A stretch of DNA of 63,716 nt, filler included. It is 15 parts of 15 records of this genome, joined end to end, with 100 filler letters (N's around TTAATTAATTAA, not from the genome) between each part and the next. Parts side by side here need not be neighbours in the genome. Positions count along the whole stretch, not along the records: positions 20,580 to 25,845 come from SRR7504441_60147; positions 25,946 to 30,315 come from SRR7504441_61925; positions 30,416 to 34,447 come from SRR7504441_61935; 12 more parts are not named here. One strand, 5' to 3'. This document shows positions 22,297 to 34,351 of this stretch, piece after piece. A program made the translations under genes and the position numbers. The notes under the pieces are model-generated. The model was not told the DNA's origin. It did not search any database and was given only the letters and a program-made list of their open reading frames with translations. The first letter of the stretch is position 1. Each line of letters starts with the position of its first letter.

Positions 22297-25200
22297 ATGA
22301 CCGACTCGTTGTTCCGGCTGCAGCATGCCGAGGTGGACCTGCACAAGGTGGACCTGCCGAACGAGCGGCTGGCGGTGACCCCGGACTGTGCCGTGCCGCT
22401 CACCGGTGACAGGCGGTGGCCTCGCTTCACGTGGTGCCGACGAAGCGGTGCACCGAGATTCGGCTGCACACGGGCGAGGGCGGCAGCAAGGGCGGGCCTG
22501 GCTGGCACATTGATAGAGTTGTGGTGGGGGGCACTGTCCTGGCCGGCAAGCAGTATGAGTTCACCAAACAACGATCCAGCTGGGGCACCGTACCATTCTC
22601 CGCTGACTCTGACGAAGCAGCAGTCGGGCGCTTTGAGAAGGAGATCAGCGCCAGTGACCAGGGCAACCTCAAAATTGAGCTGCCGGAGAGCGTCTGGCAC
22701 ATTGAGCAGCAGCCCGAGGGTTCAGAATCTGACCAGGTGTGGCCTCGCACCCGGAGCGTGATGTGCGCTGAGCGTCTCCTTTGGTTCTCAGGCGACATAC
22801 AAGCCATTTTCAATCGAAATAAGCTACAGCGTGCAATGCCCTGCACCTGGTGTCAACTTCAACCACACACCGGGCCGTGAACGTGAGATTAGTCTAGCGC
22901 AGTGCCCTCTGCGCCTGTTGATGCGGCGCTGGACAGATATGTGGATCGAGTTTGCACCAGCCACAGCTCGTCAGTGGCTACCATGCCTAGACGTACCCAA
23001 AGAGGTGTGACTGCCACTGCTCCGCATCACCTGAACTGCCCAACTCGTGCAGACATTTACACTGGACCTGCATATTCGAGTTCCGTCGGGCCTAGTTGCT
23101 GTAGCCTGTGGCGATTTCGAGGACCAGGCCCGAGATCTTCACCATTCGCAGACAATCTTCCATTACCATCTCAGGTCACCAGCACCAGCAATGAGCATGA
23201 TCTTTGCTATCGGCCCATTCGAAATCATCCCTGACAAGTTCTCCGCACGCATCACATACTTTGGCCTGCCGGGCACCCGGACTTCGGATCTAAGCATCTC
23301 AGTGGAGCAGGTCTTCCAGATGATGGCTTGCTCTGAGGAATATCTTGGGGTACGATACCCTCACGAGCACTACAAGATAGTTTTCCTGCCGTTGGAGACG
23401 CAGGACGAATCAGTTCGGTATCTGAGGGGCTTTGGAGCGGGCATTGCCGTACTTCCGGCATCATTACAGCATGGAAGTGACAGTGAGTTTCTCTCCCTTC
23501 CTATGATTTTAGCCTGGGCAAACTTCTTCAGGGCTCTGCCTTAAATCTGCCCCTTTTGTCCTCCCTGCCATTTGTACCCCAAGACTACCCCCAACATATC
23601 TTGGAATTATATGGCTGTAATGCTGCTTTGTGTACAGATATTGACCAAACTATCAATACTCGCAGTGTGCTGGCACTTGCTTTCGCATTTTCATGGGTTT
23701 GTTCCTCTGTAACAATCAAGCGCTGGAAAGATCTGTGGGTCCTTACGGGACTTGCTGGATTCTTGCAGGAGATGTACCTTAGGGCCACCCTCGGGCACAA
23801 CTGCCATCTGCACCGAATGCACAAAACCCGACTTTGGGTACGCCAGCACGACTCCAACGCCATCCCGCTTACTAGTGAAGGTAAGGGCGATGAATTTTCA
23901 CATCCTTCTGAGCTCTTCAATCAAGTGGCATTCGCAAAAGCAGGTCTTGTGTTTTACATGCTTGAGCGAAGAGCTGGACCGTCGCAGTTTCAGAGCTTTG
24001 CACAGGCATTCTTATCAGACAAGAAGCGGGACAGTTTAAAAACGGATAATGTGATTAAAATGTTCAAAAAGGCAGTTGGTAGTGAGAGCCATGCCAACAG
24101 CATTGAGACCTTCTTTGATCTGTGGGTCTTTGGAGGTGGAAGCCCTACTTACCGTGTTGGCTTCACTTTCAACAAGAGCACATTCCTGATTGATATAGCA
24201 CTGGAACAGCATTCCAAACTGTGGTCTCCTCCGTTCGAGAAGCTCGAGGAGGACCCTAGCTTGAAGATACGCGTTCATGAAGAAGCTGGAGTTTATGATC
24301 ATGTGGTACCAATACCGGTGAAGACGCAAGCAGATGCAATTAAACCAATCAGCGTAGCATGTCACTCTCGTAAGAAAAGTGCCAGGCGCCAGCGAATGGA
24401 AAAGAGTGGAGAACGAGCAATAGTTGATGAGGGTGAGCCCCCTATCAATTGGCTTCGAGTGGATCCTGAAATGGAATGGATATGTGAGGTTGATTTTGTC
24501 CAGCCGTTACGAATGTGGGTAGAACAGCTACAGAAGGATGAGGATGTTACTGCACAAATAGAGGCCGCACGAAACATATGGCACTTGCAACCAGATGCAG
24601 CGATTCCCGTGCTTGCTAGTACCCTGGAAAACGAGAAATTGTTCTATGTAGTCAGAGCTGAAGCAGCTTTATCTTTGGGGAAGATTCCAACGGACAAGTC
24701 TGATGCCGAAGGGCTTCACGTTTTGATCCGATATTTCAAAAAGAAGTTCTACAGCCCCAATACAGGCCAGCCTAAACCCAACGATTTTACAAATCTGATA
24801 GATTACAACGTGAAAAAGGCGATGGTGACTGCTGTTGGTCTTGCATGCGACACTTTTGGAGCCTCCGCCCGTTTGGCAATTCAATTCTTGTTCGAATTGA
24901 TCGACCAAAATGACAACTCAGATAATGACTATGACGGAAGCCATTACCTGGTCATTTTGATCCGTGCCATTGGCAATCTTTGTCCTGAACGGCAAGAAGA
25001 TGCGGCTCGGATGGCCCATCAGATTCATTGCCACCTTAGGAAAGACACTCTGATCCCTAGTTATCAGCGAATCGTTTCAGCCGAGTGCTTGGAGGCTCTG
25101 TGTGATATGATGCTCAATAAGTTTGCGGGTACCAGCTCCCAAGTGTTCAAAGACTACATTGCTTCCAATTTCTATCCTCTAAAGCAGGCTGCTTGGCGTT

Positions 25201-25845
25201 CCTTGCTGCGATTAAGTCATCAAGACTCCTCACTGATTGGTTTCATTTTTGACCAGGCTGTTGTCACTACCCCACCAGACATTCAGTTGCTGGCATGGCT
25301 AGCTGGTGCAAATGCCGAGGTAAAGTTGCAGGACAATTTCCGGCACTCTGAAGAGGGTGACAGACGGATGCAAAAGTTGTGGAAAGTCATGACAGATCAC
25401 ATGTGTACTCCAATGACTAGGCTGTGGGCAATCTCATTGTACAACCAAATTCTGCAAGTGCACAGACCCATGTCTGTGGATCAGATTCAAAATCGCCTCA
25501 GCTTTCAAAGTAAAGATGCAGCCAAGAAGAACCCCCCAAAGCTAGAATTGAGCTTTGCGCGCAAAATAGAGATCAAAGCTCCCAGTTCGTATTCCATAAA
25601 AAAGCGCGAACTTGTGACTAGCCCCACCAAAGACGTACCTCCAGCAAAGAAGTCAAAACATTCACCTACTCCTTCCACCAATAGCATCGTCCGAAGCTCA
25701 AATGGTACAGGATCTGGCAGCAATCAGCACGTGCAGATGCAGATTGAACCAGTCTTCGTGCCGCGCCCCCTGTTGAAGGCGCGTGCAAAACGAATGATCT
25801 TGCTCAAGAGGCAAAAGGAGGTGTGGGGAGTTACTTTGAACGAGT
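22297..25845 (+). CDS. TAF2: Transcription initiation factor TFIID subunit 2, 3'-partial
   Basis: M1-aminopeptidase-like fold without HEXXH; GLVAVACGD, FAIGPFE, YLGVRYP, WLRVDPEMEW, EQLQKDEDVTAQIEAA, LFYVVRAEAA, PKPNDF, NDNSDNDYDGSHY and IPSYQRIV. Confidence 0.92.
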
Positions 25846-25945
25846 NNNNNNNNNNNNNNNNNNNNNNNNNNNNNNNNNNNNNNNNNNNNTTAATTAATTA
25901 ANNNNNNNNNNNNNNNNNNNNNNNNNNNNNNNNNNNNNNNNNNNN

Positions 25946-26939
25946 GGGCGGCCCTGCGCAGCGCGCGCGAGCTGTGCAGCGGGCTGGAGTCGGACCTGGC
26001 GCAGGCGCAGGCCGAGCTGGCCGGGCTGGAGCGGAGCATCGGGCTGCAGGTCCACCGAGGCCGAGCGGACTGAGCCGGTTGGCCAGATGGACCCGGCCGA
26101 GGCGCCGGAGGGGCTGCCGGCGGAGCTGCGGGCCAAGCAACACGAGCTGGAGGATCAGCATATCTTCCGACAAGTGATGGACGTGGTGATCCGACAGCTC
26201 CAGCAGGACACTGCCAGGGCGCAGCAGACCACCCGCAGAGCCAGGCGCCAGCTGCGGGCCCAGCAGGCCGCCCGCCCACCGGTTCCGCGGCACGGCCCGC
26301 CGAGCTCGCCAGAGCCTAGCGAGGGCGACCCGGAGGTACCGCAACGGACTGGGCCGTGCTCAAGCCGGGCGGTGCAGGCCGTGGGGCTGCAGCGGGCGGC
26401 GCGGGCGGCTAGGGCGAGGGTGGGGCAGTTGGAGCGGGGCGCCGGGTGGCCAGGCAGTGGACAATGCTTACCCGGCTGTCAGGTCACTGGCGCTGCAGGC
26501 CTCCTCAGTGCAGCAGCGGATAGCCGAATGCGAGGCGCAGCGCCAGCTCTTGGCCGACAGGAGCGAGCAGGGCCCCGGCGACAGGTGCAATGTCGTGTCC
26601 GCCGGGGTGAGAGTGCGGGGCAGCTTGCCTGAGATACTCGAGCAGCTCGAGCTGTCGTCCAGCCAGAGGCGGCAGCTGGAGCAAGAGCTAAGCCGGGCCG
26701 AGGCGGCGCTCTCTCGCAGCCTGCGGGTCGAGATGGACGGGATGGGCAAGGCGACCAGCAAGCAGCGGGAGCTAGACAGCCTGAGGGCCGAGAATACTCG
26801 GATGGCACAGGCGCTCGAGACGATCACGGTGGAGAACTCGGAGAAGGAGCGGGCGCTCCGGGAGCTGGCCGGTCCGGAGCGGGCGCATTTGCCGCTCGAG
26901 GATCTAATCAGTGAGATGGAAAGCCGCCCACGGAGCTAG
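25946..26939 (+). CDS. 3' part of a hypothetical coiled-coil protein
   Basis: Heptad-rich exons across short introns; ends at TAG 26939 before AT-rich flank. Confidence 0.55.
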
Positions 26940-27351
26940 GAAGTTTAATTAATCAAGCACTTGTAAGTACTTACAATACTTGCTCGGGTGAAATGATGAA
27001 AGTAGCGTACTCGTATATTAAATCGCTTCACCCGAATTTTCGGGCCATCTTGCAGACGACACCTATCGGGATTTGAATAGGTCACCGGTCGGGACAATAG
27101 CTGATGTGAGAGAAGGCCCTACGTAGGCCCGCTATTGCCCGCATTGTCATCGGCAGGTCTGACCATCTGAGCTCACACATCGCTAACGGTTGACTGAGGC
27201 ACCATTCAGCAGGTCGGGCCATCCCCGGACAGCAGGACTCGCCCACCACACAGCACGTCTACCCATTGCTGCAAAGCACTCGAATGGCTCAGTCTGGCTG
27301 ACCTCAGGCCGGAGCCTGCTCACGGCGCACGGGCCATCGCGGCTTGCCGAC

Positions 27352-27879
27352 TCAGCAGCCCTCGTCGGTCTGGTGGAGTTGGGCTCGGCTCACACTCCAC
27401 TGCCAGTCGTACTCCGCCTCTGGATAGTCTGGCGGTTGCTCCACCCCGAGCCCGCGGGCTATCTGGGCCAACACCGTGTGCTCCCAGCAGATGAGCGCCA
27501 CCGCCGTGGCCGGCAGCGTGCCCAGGTGCTGGACAAGAGCCCCCACCTCATCCCGGCCGAACCTGGTATCGATTGGGAGCCCCAGCTTCTGGGAGACCGG
27601 CGTGAGCGTCTCGACCGACCGGTTTGACGGGTGGTCGGTGTACGCGAACAGATGGGTCAGGTTGGCGTGCGCATAGCGCCCGGGCAGGCAGCGGGCCCGC
27701 TCCCAGCCGCGCGGGCTGAGATCGTCGCCGATCGGCGGCTTCTCGCCGTGCCGGATGAGCACGACCGTCTGGGCCAGGCCCGGGCTGCTCCTCCGGCGGC
27801 GCGACCCTTCCGCCGGGCCCAAGAACATCAGCATCGCCACCGTGATGAGCAGCAAACGAGGCTGCAGCAAACGAGGCAT
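27352..27879 (-). CDS. Secreted histidine phosphatase (phosphoglycerate mutase-like superfamily)
   Basis: Signal peptide; LIRHGEKP, RGWERA, RSVET and CWEH motifs; alternative in-frame ATG at 27912. Confidence 0.85.
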   Translation of the reverse strand: MPRLLQPRLLLITVAMLMFLGPAEGSRRRRSSPGLAQTVVLIRHGEKPPIGDDLSPRGWERARCLPGRYAHANLTHLFAYTDHPSNRSVETLTPVSQKLGLPIDTRFGRDEVGALVQHLGTLPATAVALICWEHTVLAQIARGLGVEQPPDYPEAEYDWQWSVSRAQLHQTDEGC

Positions 27880-27992
27880 TCTTGCTCGACTACGAAGCGT
27901 GGCGTGAGGCATTCTTGCTCGACTGGTGCCACCTCATATTGCATTTCCGTTATATTTCACAACGGGCTCTCAGCTGAGCCACAATCGGAGAC

Positions 27993-29556
27993 ATGGTACT
28001 CCTGCCTCTTCTGCTCCTCTGCGGCCTCGCTCACGCCAATGAGAACGGACTGGCCCGGTTGCCGCCGCTCGGGTGGCGCTCCTGGAACCTGTACGGTGCC
28101 AACGTCAACCAGGTGCGCCGGGCCGAGACGGCTCGGGCGAGCGGGTGGCGGCAGAGCCTGATCGAAGGCATCATGACCGGGATGCAGAGCAAGGCCCGGT
28201 CGGTGGACGGCAAGCCGACCTCGCTCTGCGACCTAGGCTACTGCGACGTCGGGCTCGATGACAACTGGCAGGAGTGCGGCCATTACGGCCCGAACAACGT
28301 GCCTGGCCGGGCGGGGGCGGGCCGAGCTGGCTGGCAGCTGACTTACCACGACGACGAGGGCAACCCAGTGATCAACACCCAACGGTTCCCGGACATGAAG
28401 AAGATGACCGACCACGCTCACTCGCTCAAGCTGACCGCCGGCTGGTACGGGAACAACTGGTGCCACCCCCGGCCCCCGGCTGGAGGCTAGCCGGCGGCCA
28501 GCATTTGCTCTGATCACAAGATCGGGGACAAGAAGTTCTACGAGGGCGACGTCAAGGCGCTCCGCAAGTTCGGGTTTGATTCTTGGAAACTGGACGGATG
28601 TGGCGCTCAGACAGACATGCAGATGTGGGATGACGTGATCAAGGCGTCTGGCGGCCCCGTGCTGGTCCGGCCGGCCGGCGGGTCAGGCCGACGGGCTGGC
28701 CAGGTGGAGAATTGCCACTGGGGGAGCAAAGTGCCGTACAAGCCGACCGCCACGTGGTGCCCCTGGAACCTTTACAGGACATCCGGCGACGTGCGAGCTA
28801 GCTACTCGAGTGTGATCGGTAATCTCCAGACCGCGATCAACTACGGCGCACAGAACCTGTCCTACCCGGGCTGCTGGGCCTACCCGGACATGCTGGAGGT
28901 CGGCTGCCAGCACGGGCCGGGCGGCGCATCAGACAAGGGGCTCTCGCCACAGGAGACTCGGTCTCACTTCGCCTCATGGGCGATTGTGTCCTCGCCACTC
29001 ACGCTGTCACACGATGTGAACAACGACCAGATCATGGACGCGATCTGGCCGGTGATCTCGAACAAGGAGGCGCTCGCAGTCAACCAGGCCTACTATGGGT
29101 TCTCGGGCGGTGTGTTCAAAAACTCCGACAATCAGGTGCAGCTGGACACGGTGAGTTGCCCGGGCTGCGATCAGGCTCACGGGTCCCGATTTAGGTGAAT
29201 TGGGCCGCCTACGACAGCAAGAGCATGACGATGGAAGATCTCGCAGCAAACGGACCGCTCGTTGTGCCGGATGCACAGGTGCAACAGCCTGACGCTGCCG
29301 AGGGACTGACCGGCCAGCACAGTACCTTTACAAGCCTATGAATTCGGATCACACCGAGGCGGCCGTGCTGCTGATGAACCATGCGGACGCGACTGCTTCT
29401 CTTGCCATGAAGTTTTCAGAAGTGCCCGGGCTCAAGTGCACCAGCTGCAAGGTCAGGGATATCTGGAATCACAAGGACCTTGGCACCTTCAGCAACACCT
29501 TCAGCCAGAGCGTGGAATCGCACGATGCTGCCTTCCTGATGATCACGCCTGCCTGA
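27993..29556 (+). CDS. Alpha-galactosidase, GH27, secreted, multi-exon
   Basis: NENGLARLPPLGWRSWN, LDDNWQ, WKLDGC, YRTSGD, WAYPDMLEVG and KVRDIWNHKDLG. Confidence 0.95.
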
Positions 29557-30730
29557 GAGCACTAGCTGGCCCCTTTGGCACGAACAAGTGCTTGCGTACT
29601 TTCGAGAAGCACTTGTCGGCACGTGCACAGCTATCGAATTACCAGTATTGATCTACAGTAGACAAGTCATTTGAATGCACCTGATGAATTGATGCATCGT
29701 AGTATTGATAAATGATCGTACATGATGACTGGCACCGTCCGCACCGTCGGCGCGTAATTGAGCGTAGATCTAATTGAGCCAACCCCGTGCAGGAAGCCAA
29801 GGAACCCTCAGTCGCCAAATCCGGTAGCTTCGCAATTCCGTTCTGGGTGGTCGGATGGCTGCCAGGACGAGAAGCGAACAGAGCCGTGATCTAAACCACC
29901 GGTGCAGCGCCCTTGGTAGCACATCGTGTGATGACTCTCAGGGACACATGACGGGTCATCGTCGCTGTGGTGATCACATATTCTTTCCCTCGACTGGGCT
30001 ACATGGCAGTCCTCATCGGTCGAGCAGGCATAGCCTACTGTTTCAACCGCACTGAGCAGGGCGAGTAACGAGTTGAGCTGTCCAGGGCCCTGACCGGCGA
30101 TCCGTAATTAATTACGCTCACAGCTGGCACTTCAAGACGAATGCCTGAGTCTATAATGTCACCTTGGGCATTGTAGCACAAGGCAAATACAACGTCTGGT
30201 GACAGCGCCGATGTGTCGACAGTGAAGGTTTCCTCTAAATAGCCACAGTAGTCTGCAGCTCACCTATGGCGGTGCCCTGGTTATGACTTTGGCCACAGAA
30301 ACTGCCATCGGTGCTNNNNNNNNNNNNNNNNNNNNNNNNNNNNNNNNNNNNNNNNNNNNTTAATTAATTAANNNNNNNNNNNNNNNNNNNNNNNNNNNNN
30401 NNNNNNNNNNNNNNNTCTGACCCAGACGAGCAACGAGACGTCCATCCTGTCAAGGCACCAGCTCCCTTCGAAATCGCAACTGCGAGAGATGGGAGCGCCC
30501 AGCACCCGCTCCAGGCCCTCATATGACACCGTGAAACAGTTGTCTGAGAGCCAGGCCAGCGAATCAGACACCGGATCACCAACGGGCATCTCTGCAGGAT
30601 CGCAATCCGCACGACACGGCAGGTAGGCCTTGCACTTGGTGTCACACAAATAGACGAACAACAACGTTGCTCCCAAGTCCCATTGAACAAGAATCGGGCC
30701 GGGGTTGCAGAGAGAAAAGCCGTTGAAGCA

Positions 30731-33065
30731 ATGGCCGGTGGGAAGCGAGGCTCCTCTAGGAGTAGGCAGGGCTCCACCAGGTCTGGTCCGGATCGGTCAG
30801 CGGCCGGGCCGGACAACACAGTGGCGCTGGTGCTGGCGCTGGTTGGGTTGCTGCTCGGGCTGCTGCTCGGACTGCACCTGCAGAGCCAGACCAATCTGCT
30901 GCCCAGGGCTGGCCCCCCGCCAGTGCGGGAGCACACCCCGACAGCCAACCTGGACCCGATCAAACCGGCCAGTCGGCCCAGCGATGCGGCAAAGGGGTGG
31001 GGGCGCCCAGATAGGATGCCGGCCCCTCCGGCCAAAGACGACGAGAGGGCCACAGCTATGGGCCGCGCCGAGATTGAGGCCGCAGCTCGAGGCGGCGGGG
31101 CGAGCTCTGCTGAGCAGCAGGAGCCTGAGTCGGAGGAGGCGCAGCAATTTAACCTGCTGGTGGAGCAGGGTTTCCGTAAGCTCGGAAAGGACGAGTTTGC
31201 GGACGCGAGCACTGCATTCGGCGAGGCGGTAAAGCTCCAGCCCGACTCGGGACAAGTGCAGTTCAACCTCGGAACAGCACTGTTTGAGCTGTCCAAGCAA
31301 GAACAGTCGGAAGAAAAGAAGGACGAGCTCTCAGATAAGGCGCTGCTGGCCTTTGAGGCAGCAGCCAACCACATCGCCCCTGAAGAGGGAGGCGAGCAGT
31401 TCCAAATCTCTAAAGTTTCCGCACTGTACAATGCTGGTACGCGCGGGCTGTAGCAGTAGCCGGGTGACACTTGTCTGCAGGGTTGCTGGCTGCCATGATG
31501 GAGCAATATGAGCGCGCCAAGGGGACATTTCAGCGCGCAAACCGGCTTGACCCCACGCATGCCGGTCCTGCCATACAGGGTGTCCTGTTGTGACAGTGCA
31601 TGCAGGTGTAAAGGAGCTTCTCCATCAAGTGAAAGAGTCTATGGGACAACTTGACAAAGACCAAAAGGAAGAGCAGGAGGCATACAAGAGAATGTCTGAT
31701 AATGCAGGACCAAAGAGATTCAAGGAGGGTGCGACTGTGTACGCTCGGCTGCAGCACGGGTGGGAACCGGCTACGGTGATCGAGAACGACCTTGAAACGC
31801 ATGCATACCGGATGAAATTACAGGATGGGCAGGAGATATATGCGCCCTACGATCTAGACAAGTATGTGAGAAAGAGCATGCCGACCCAGGCCGAGGAGGC
31901 TCAGATGTTCCGAGAGGCAGCTCAGGAGCGGGAGGAACGGAAGCAAAAGGAGCGGGAGGAGCAGAAGGAAGTCCCCAAGAATCAACTGAATCCGGAAACA
32001 GATTCAAAGATGGAGGCTGCGTCACTTGGTCTTGAGCCTGGTGTGGAATGCGATACAGATGAACATGGCGGTCAGTGGTGCTGGAAGAATGCTGATTACA
32101 AAGCGCAGACTCCTGAGGGTGTTGTATGCACTGAGATGTTTGATTTGAACTCAAGCGACACCTGGCTGGAAACGATGACAGCTATCGTTGAGCAGATATT
32201 TGTCTGTGGGTTTGTGTATATCGCCCCTGGGCTGGTCTCAGATTCCTGGATCAGAGAGGCTAACCAGTACGTTAGCCAGGCCTGGAGAGATGAAGAATTT
32301 CTGGCCGAAAACGCTCGTCCAATTCACAATGGAGGCCGCCGTGTTGACATTTTCATGCCGCTTGACTCAGGCCCGTTCAATCGCACTATGTTCAATTCAT
32401 TTGACACAAAGCTGTTTGAAATCTTGGACGCCGGACCAACAGGAGGAGGTGAAATATCGATGGTGGTGGTAATCAATGCCATGCCAAGCGTTGATGGTAA
32501 GGCAGAGCAGGCGGACAGGCTGCTTCCGAGCGCTCACTGGAGAAAAGAAATCCCCCAAACCTTTAGGGAGTGGCAAGTTGGGGAGGAACAGATCTGGCAC
32601 GATGATAGCATGCCCGGGTTCAAGGAGAAGCAGCTGTTTATCGTTGTCGCTCTGCATGACACCGAGAGTGGGTTCATTGGTGTCCAGCCTGGGTGTTTCC
32701 CCGATAAATTTCATGGTGTCAACTATGTTGATAACCCTACTGGCTCAGATGACAAGATGAATGACAAAATAGAAGACGAAAAGCCATGTTTCAACTGGGC
32801 AGGGTATGTTCCACGGAAGGTTAAGGCAGGTACGGTCATGATTCACCAGGCAAGACTGCGCCACCGAGGGTTTCCCCAGATTGTGCATGACACCCGCTTC
32901 ATGCTGAGCATGGATGTTGCGCCAAATTTGGACCAACACATGCCACACTTTGAGAAAACATGGCACGGGGTTGGGAAAAATGGAATGTTAAATGCAGAAC
33001 GACGGAAGCTATTTGCCGAAAGGCTCGAGAATGCTCGACAAGAAATCATAGCAAAGCTAGACTAG
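30731..33065 (+). CDS. Type II membrane protein with TPR repeats, a small beta-barrel-like domain and a PhyH-like 2OG-Fe(II) dioxygenase domain
   Basis: N-terminal hydrophobic anchor; TPR AVKLQPDSGQVQFNLGTAL; two short introns near 31438-31606; QIWHDD...GTVMIHQARLRHRG...RFML (HxD...H). Confidence 0.7.
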
Positions 33066-33214
33066 CTCGCCAACATTGTTATTTGTTTAAACGCTAGCCC
33101 ACGTTGAAGGCGTAGACCGCCGGCCTGCCGGCCTGCATGCCTCGAGCTCTCAGCCGTTGCCGGGACCCAACCGATCATCATGGCGCTCATCATGGCGCTG
33201 TGAAGTTGATCATC

Positions 33215-34351
33215 ATGAAGTCTCATCATGGCGCTCTCTGCGCCTGTGCCACTCTGCTCGCGCTGGCTGCGGCCGTCAGCCCGACAGTGCGGCTGAACGA
33301 CGGCACGCTGATGCCACGGATCGCTGCAGGCACCTGGCAGTACACGCCCGACCAGGCGGAGGCTGCGGTGGCCGCGGCGCTGCAGGCAGGATACAGGCAC
33401 ATCGATACCGCGTTCAACTACCACGATCAGCCTGGGATCGCCAAGGCGCTCCAGGCGGCCAAGATCAGCCGGGGCGAGCTGTACCTGACCACCAAGGTGC
33501 CGGGTTGCGGGTTGTCTGGCATCGGGTTCGAGTCGTGCGCGGAAGACTCCGTGGCGGCCCACAAGCAGAACCTGGCCCAGCTGGGGGTGGCGTACACAGA
33601 CTTGCTGCTGGTGCACTTCCCACCAAAGGGCGGCTGCGGCTCAGTCAACTGCGCGGCCATGCGCAAGCAATGGACCGCGCTGAGCGATGAGGTGCTCCGG
33701 GCAAACCTCACCCGGACGTTGGGAGTATCAAACTTCTGCATAGCGTGCCTCAAGTGCCTGAGCCAGCTGGCGGGGGCAGTCACCCCGGCAGTCAACCAGA
33801 TCCAGTACCACGTTGGCATGGGGGCAGACCCCGGCGGGCTGCTCAGTTACTCTGCAAGCCAGGGCATTGCTGTCGAGGCCTACAGCCCACTGGGCACCAA
33901 CACCACCGAGCTGATTCATGGCAACCTGACCACTGAGATCGGCAAGGCGCATAACAAAAGCTCGGCGGAGGTGGCCCTGCGCTGGGTGCTTGAGCACGTG
34001 CCTTCTGTTACCACAAAGTCCTCCAGTCCGGAGCACTTGGCTCAGGACTTGCAAGTGCTGCACTGGGGACTCTCACAGCAAGAGCTCAGCAAGCTGGATG
34101 CGGCCACCAGCCCGCCGGGGACACCCTCGTTCATGTGCACCGATCCTCCGGTCAGCCAGAAAAGCGACTCCTGGTGGCCGCATCACTGGTGGGTAGTTGC
34201 GGTGTCAGCGGCTGGGGCGGTGGTGGTGCTGATTTGCGCCTACTTTTGGTGCTGCCGCAAGTCGCGTTGGACGGAGGAGCACGAGAGGCGGCTCACCCAA
34301 GCCGAGGAGCTCGAACGAGGCCTGAGCCAGCCCCTGAAAGACGACAAATAA
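33215..34351 (+). CDS. Aldo/keto reductase with signal peptide and C-terminal transmembrane helix
   Basis: GYRHIDTAFNY, LTTKV, LLVHFP (D-Y-K-H tetrad), GVSNF, NQIQYH and AYSPLG; C-terminal WWVVAVSAAGAVVVLICAYFWCCRK. Confidence 0.92.
   Translation: MKSHHGALCACATLLALAAAVSPTVRLNDGTLMPRIAAGTWQYTPDQAEAAVAAALQAGYRHIDTAFNYHDQPGIAKALQAAKISRGELYLTTKVPGCGLSGIGFESCAEDSVAAHKQNLAQLGVAYTDLLLVHFPPKGGCGSVNCAAMRKQWTALSDEVLRANLTRTLGVSNFCIACLKCLSQLAGAVTPAVNQIQYHVGMGADPGGLLSYSASQGIAVEAYSPLGTNTTELIHGNLTTEIGKAHNKSSAEVALRWVLEHVPSVTTKSSSPEHLAQDLQVLHWGLSQQELSKLDAATSPPGTPSFMCTDPPVSQKSDSWWPHHWWVVAVSAAGAVVVLICAYFWCCRKSRWTEEHERRLTQAEELERGLSQPLKDDK

Noticed and set aside
29990-30315. Possible minus-strand gene fragment at the contig end
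   Set aside because: Short open stretch without a recognisable motif; not enough support.
30364-31560. 398-aa minus-strand ORF and many similar long overlapping ORFs (e.g. 51228-52022, 49059-49934)
   Set aside because: Antisense shadows of motif-bearing genes in GC-rich DNA; no motifs of their own.
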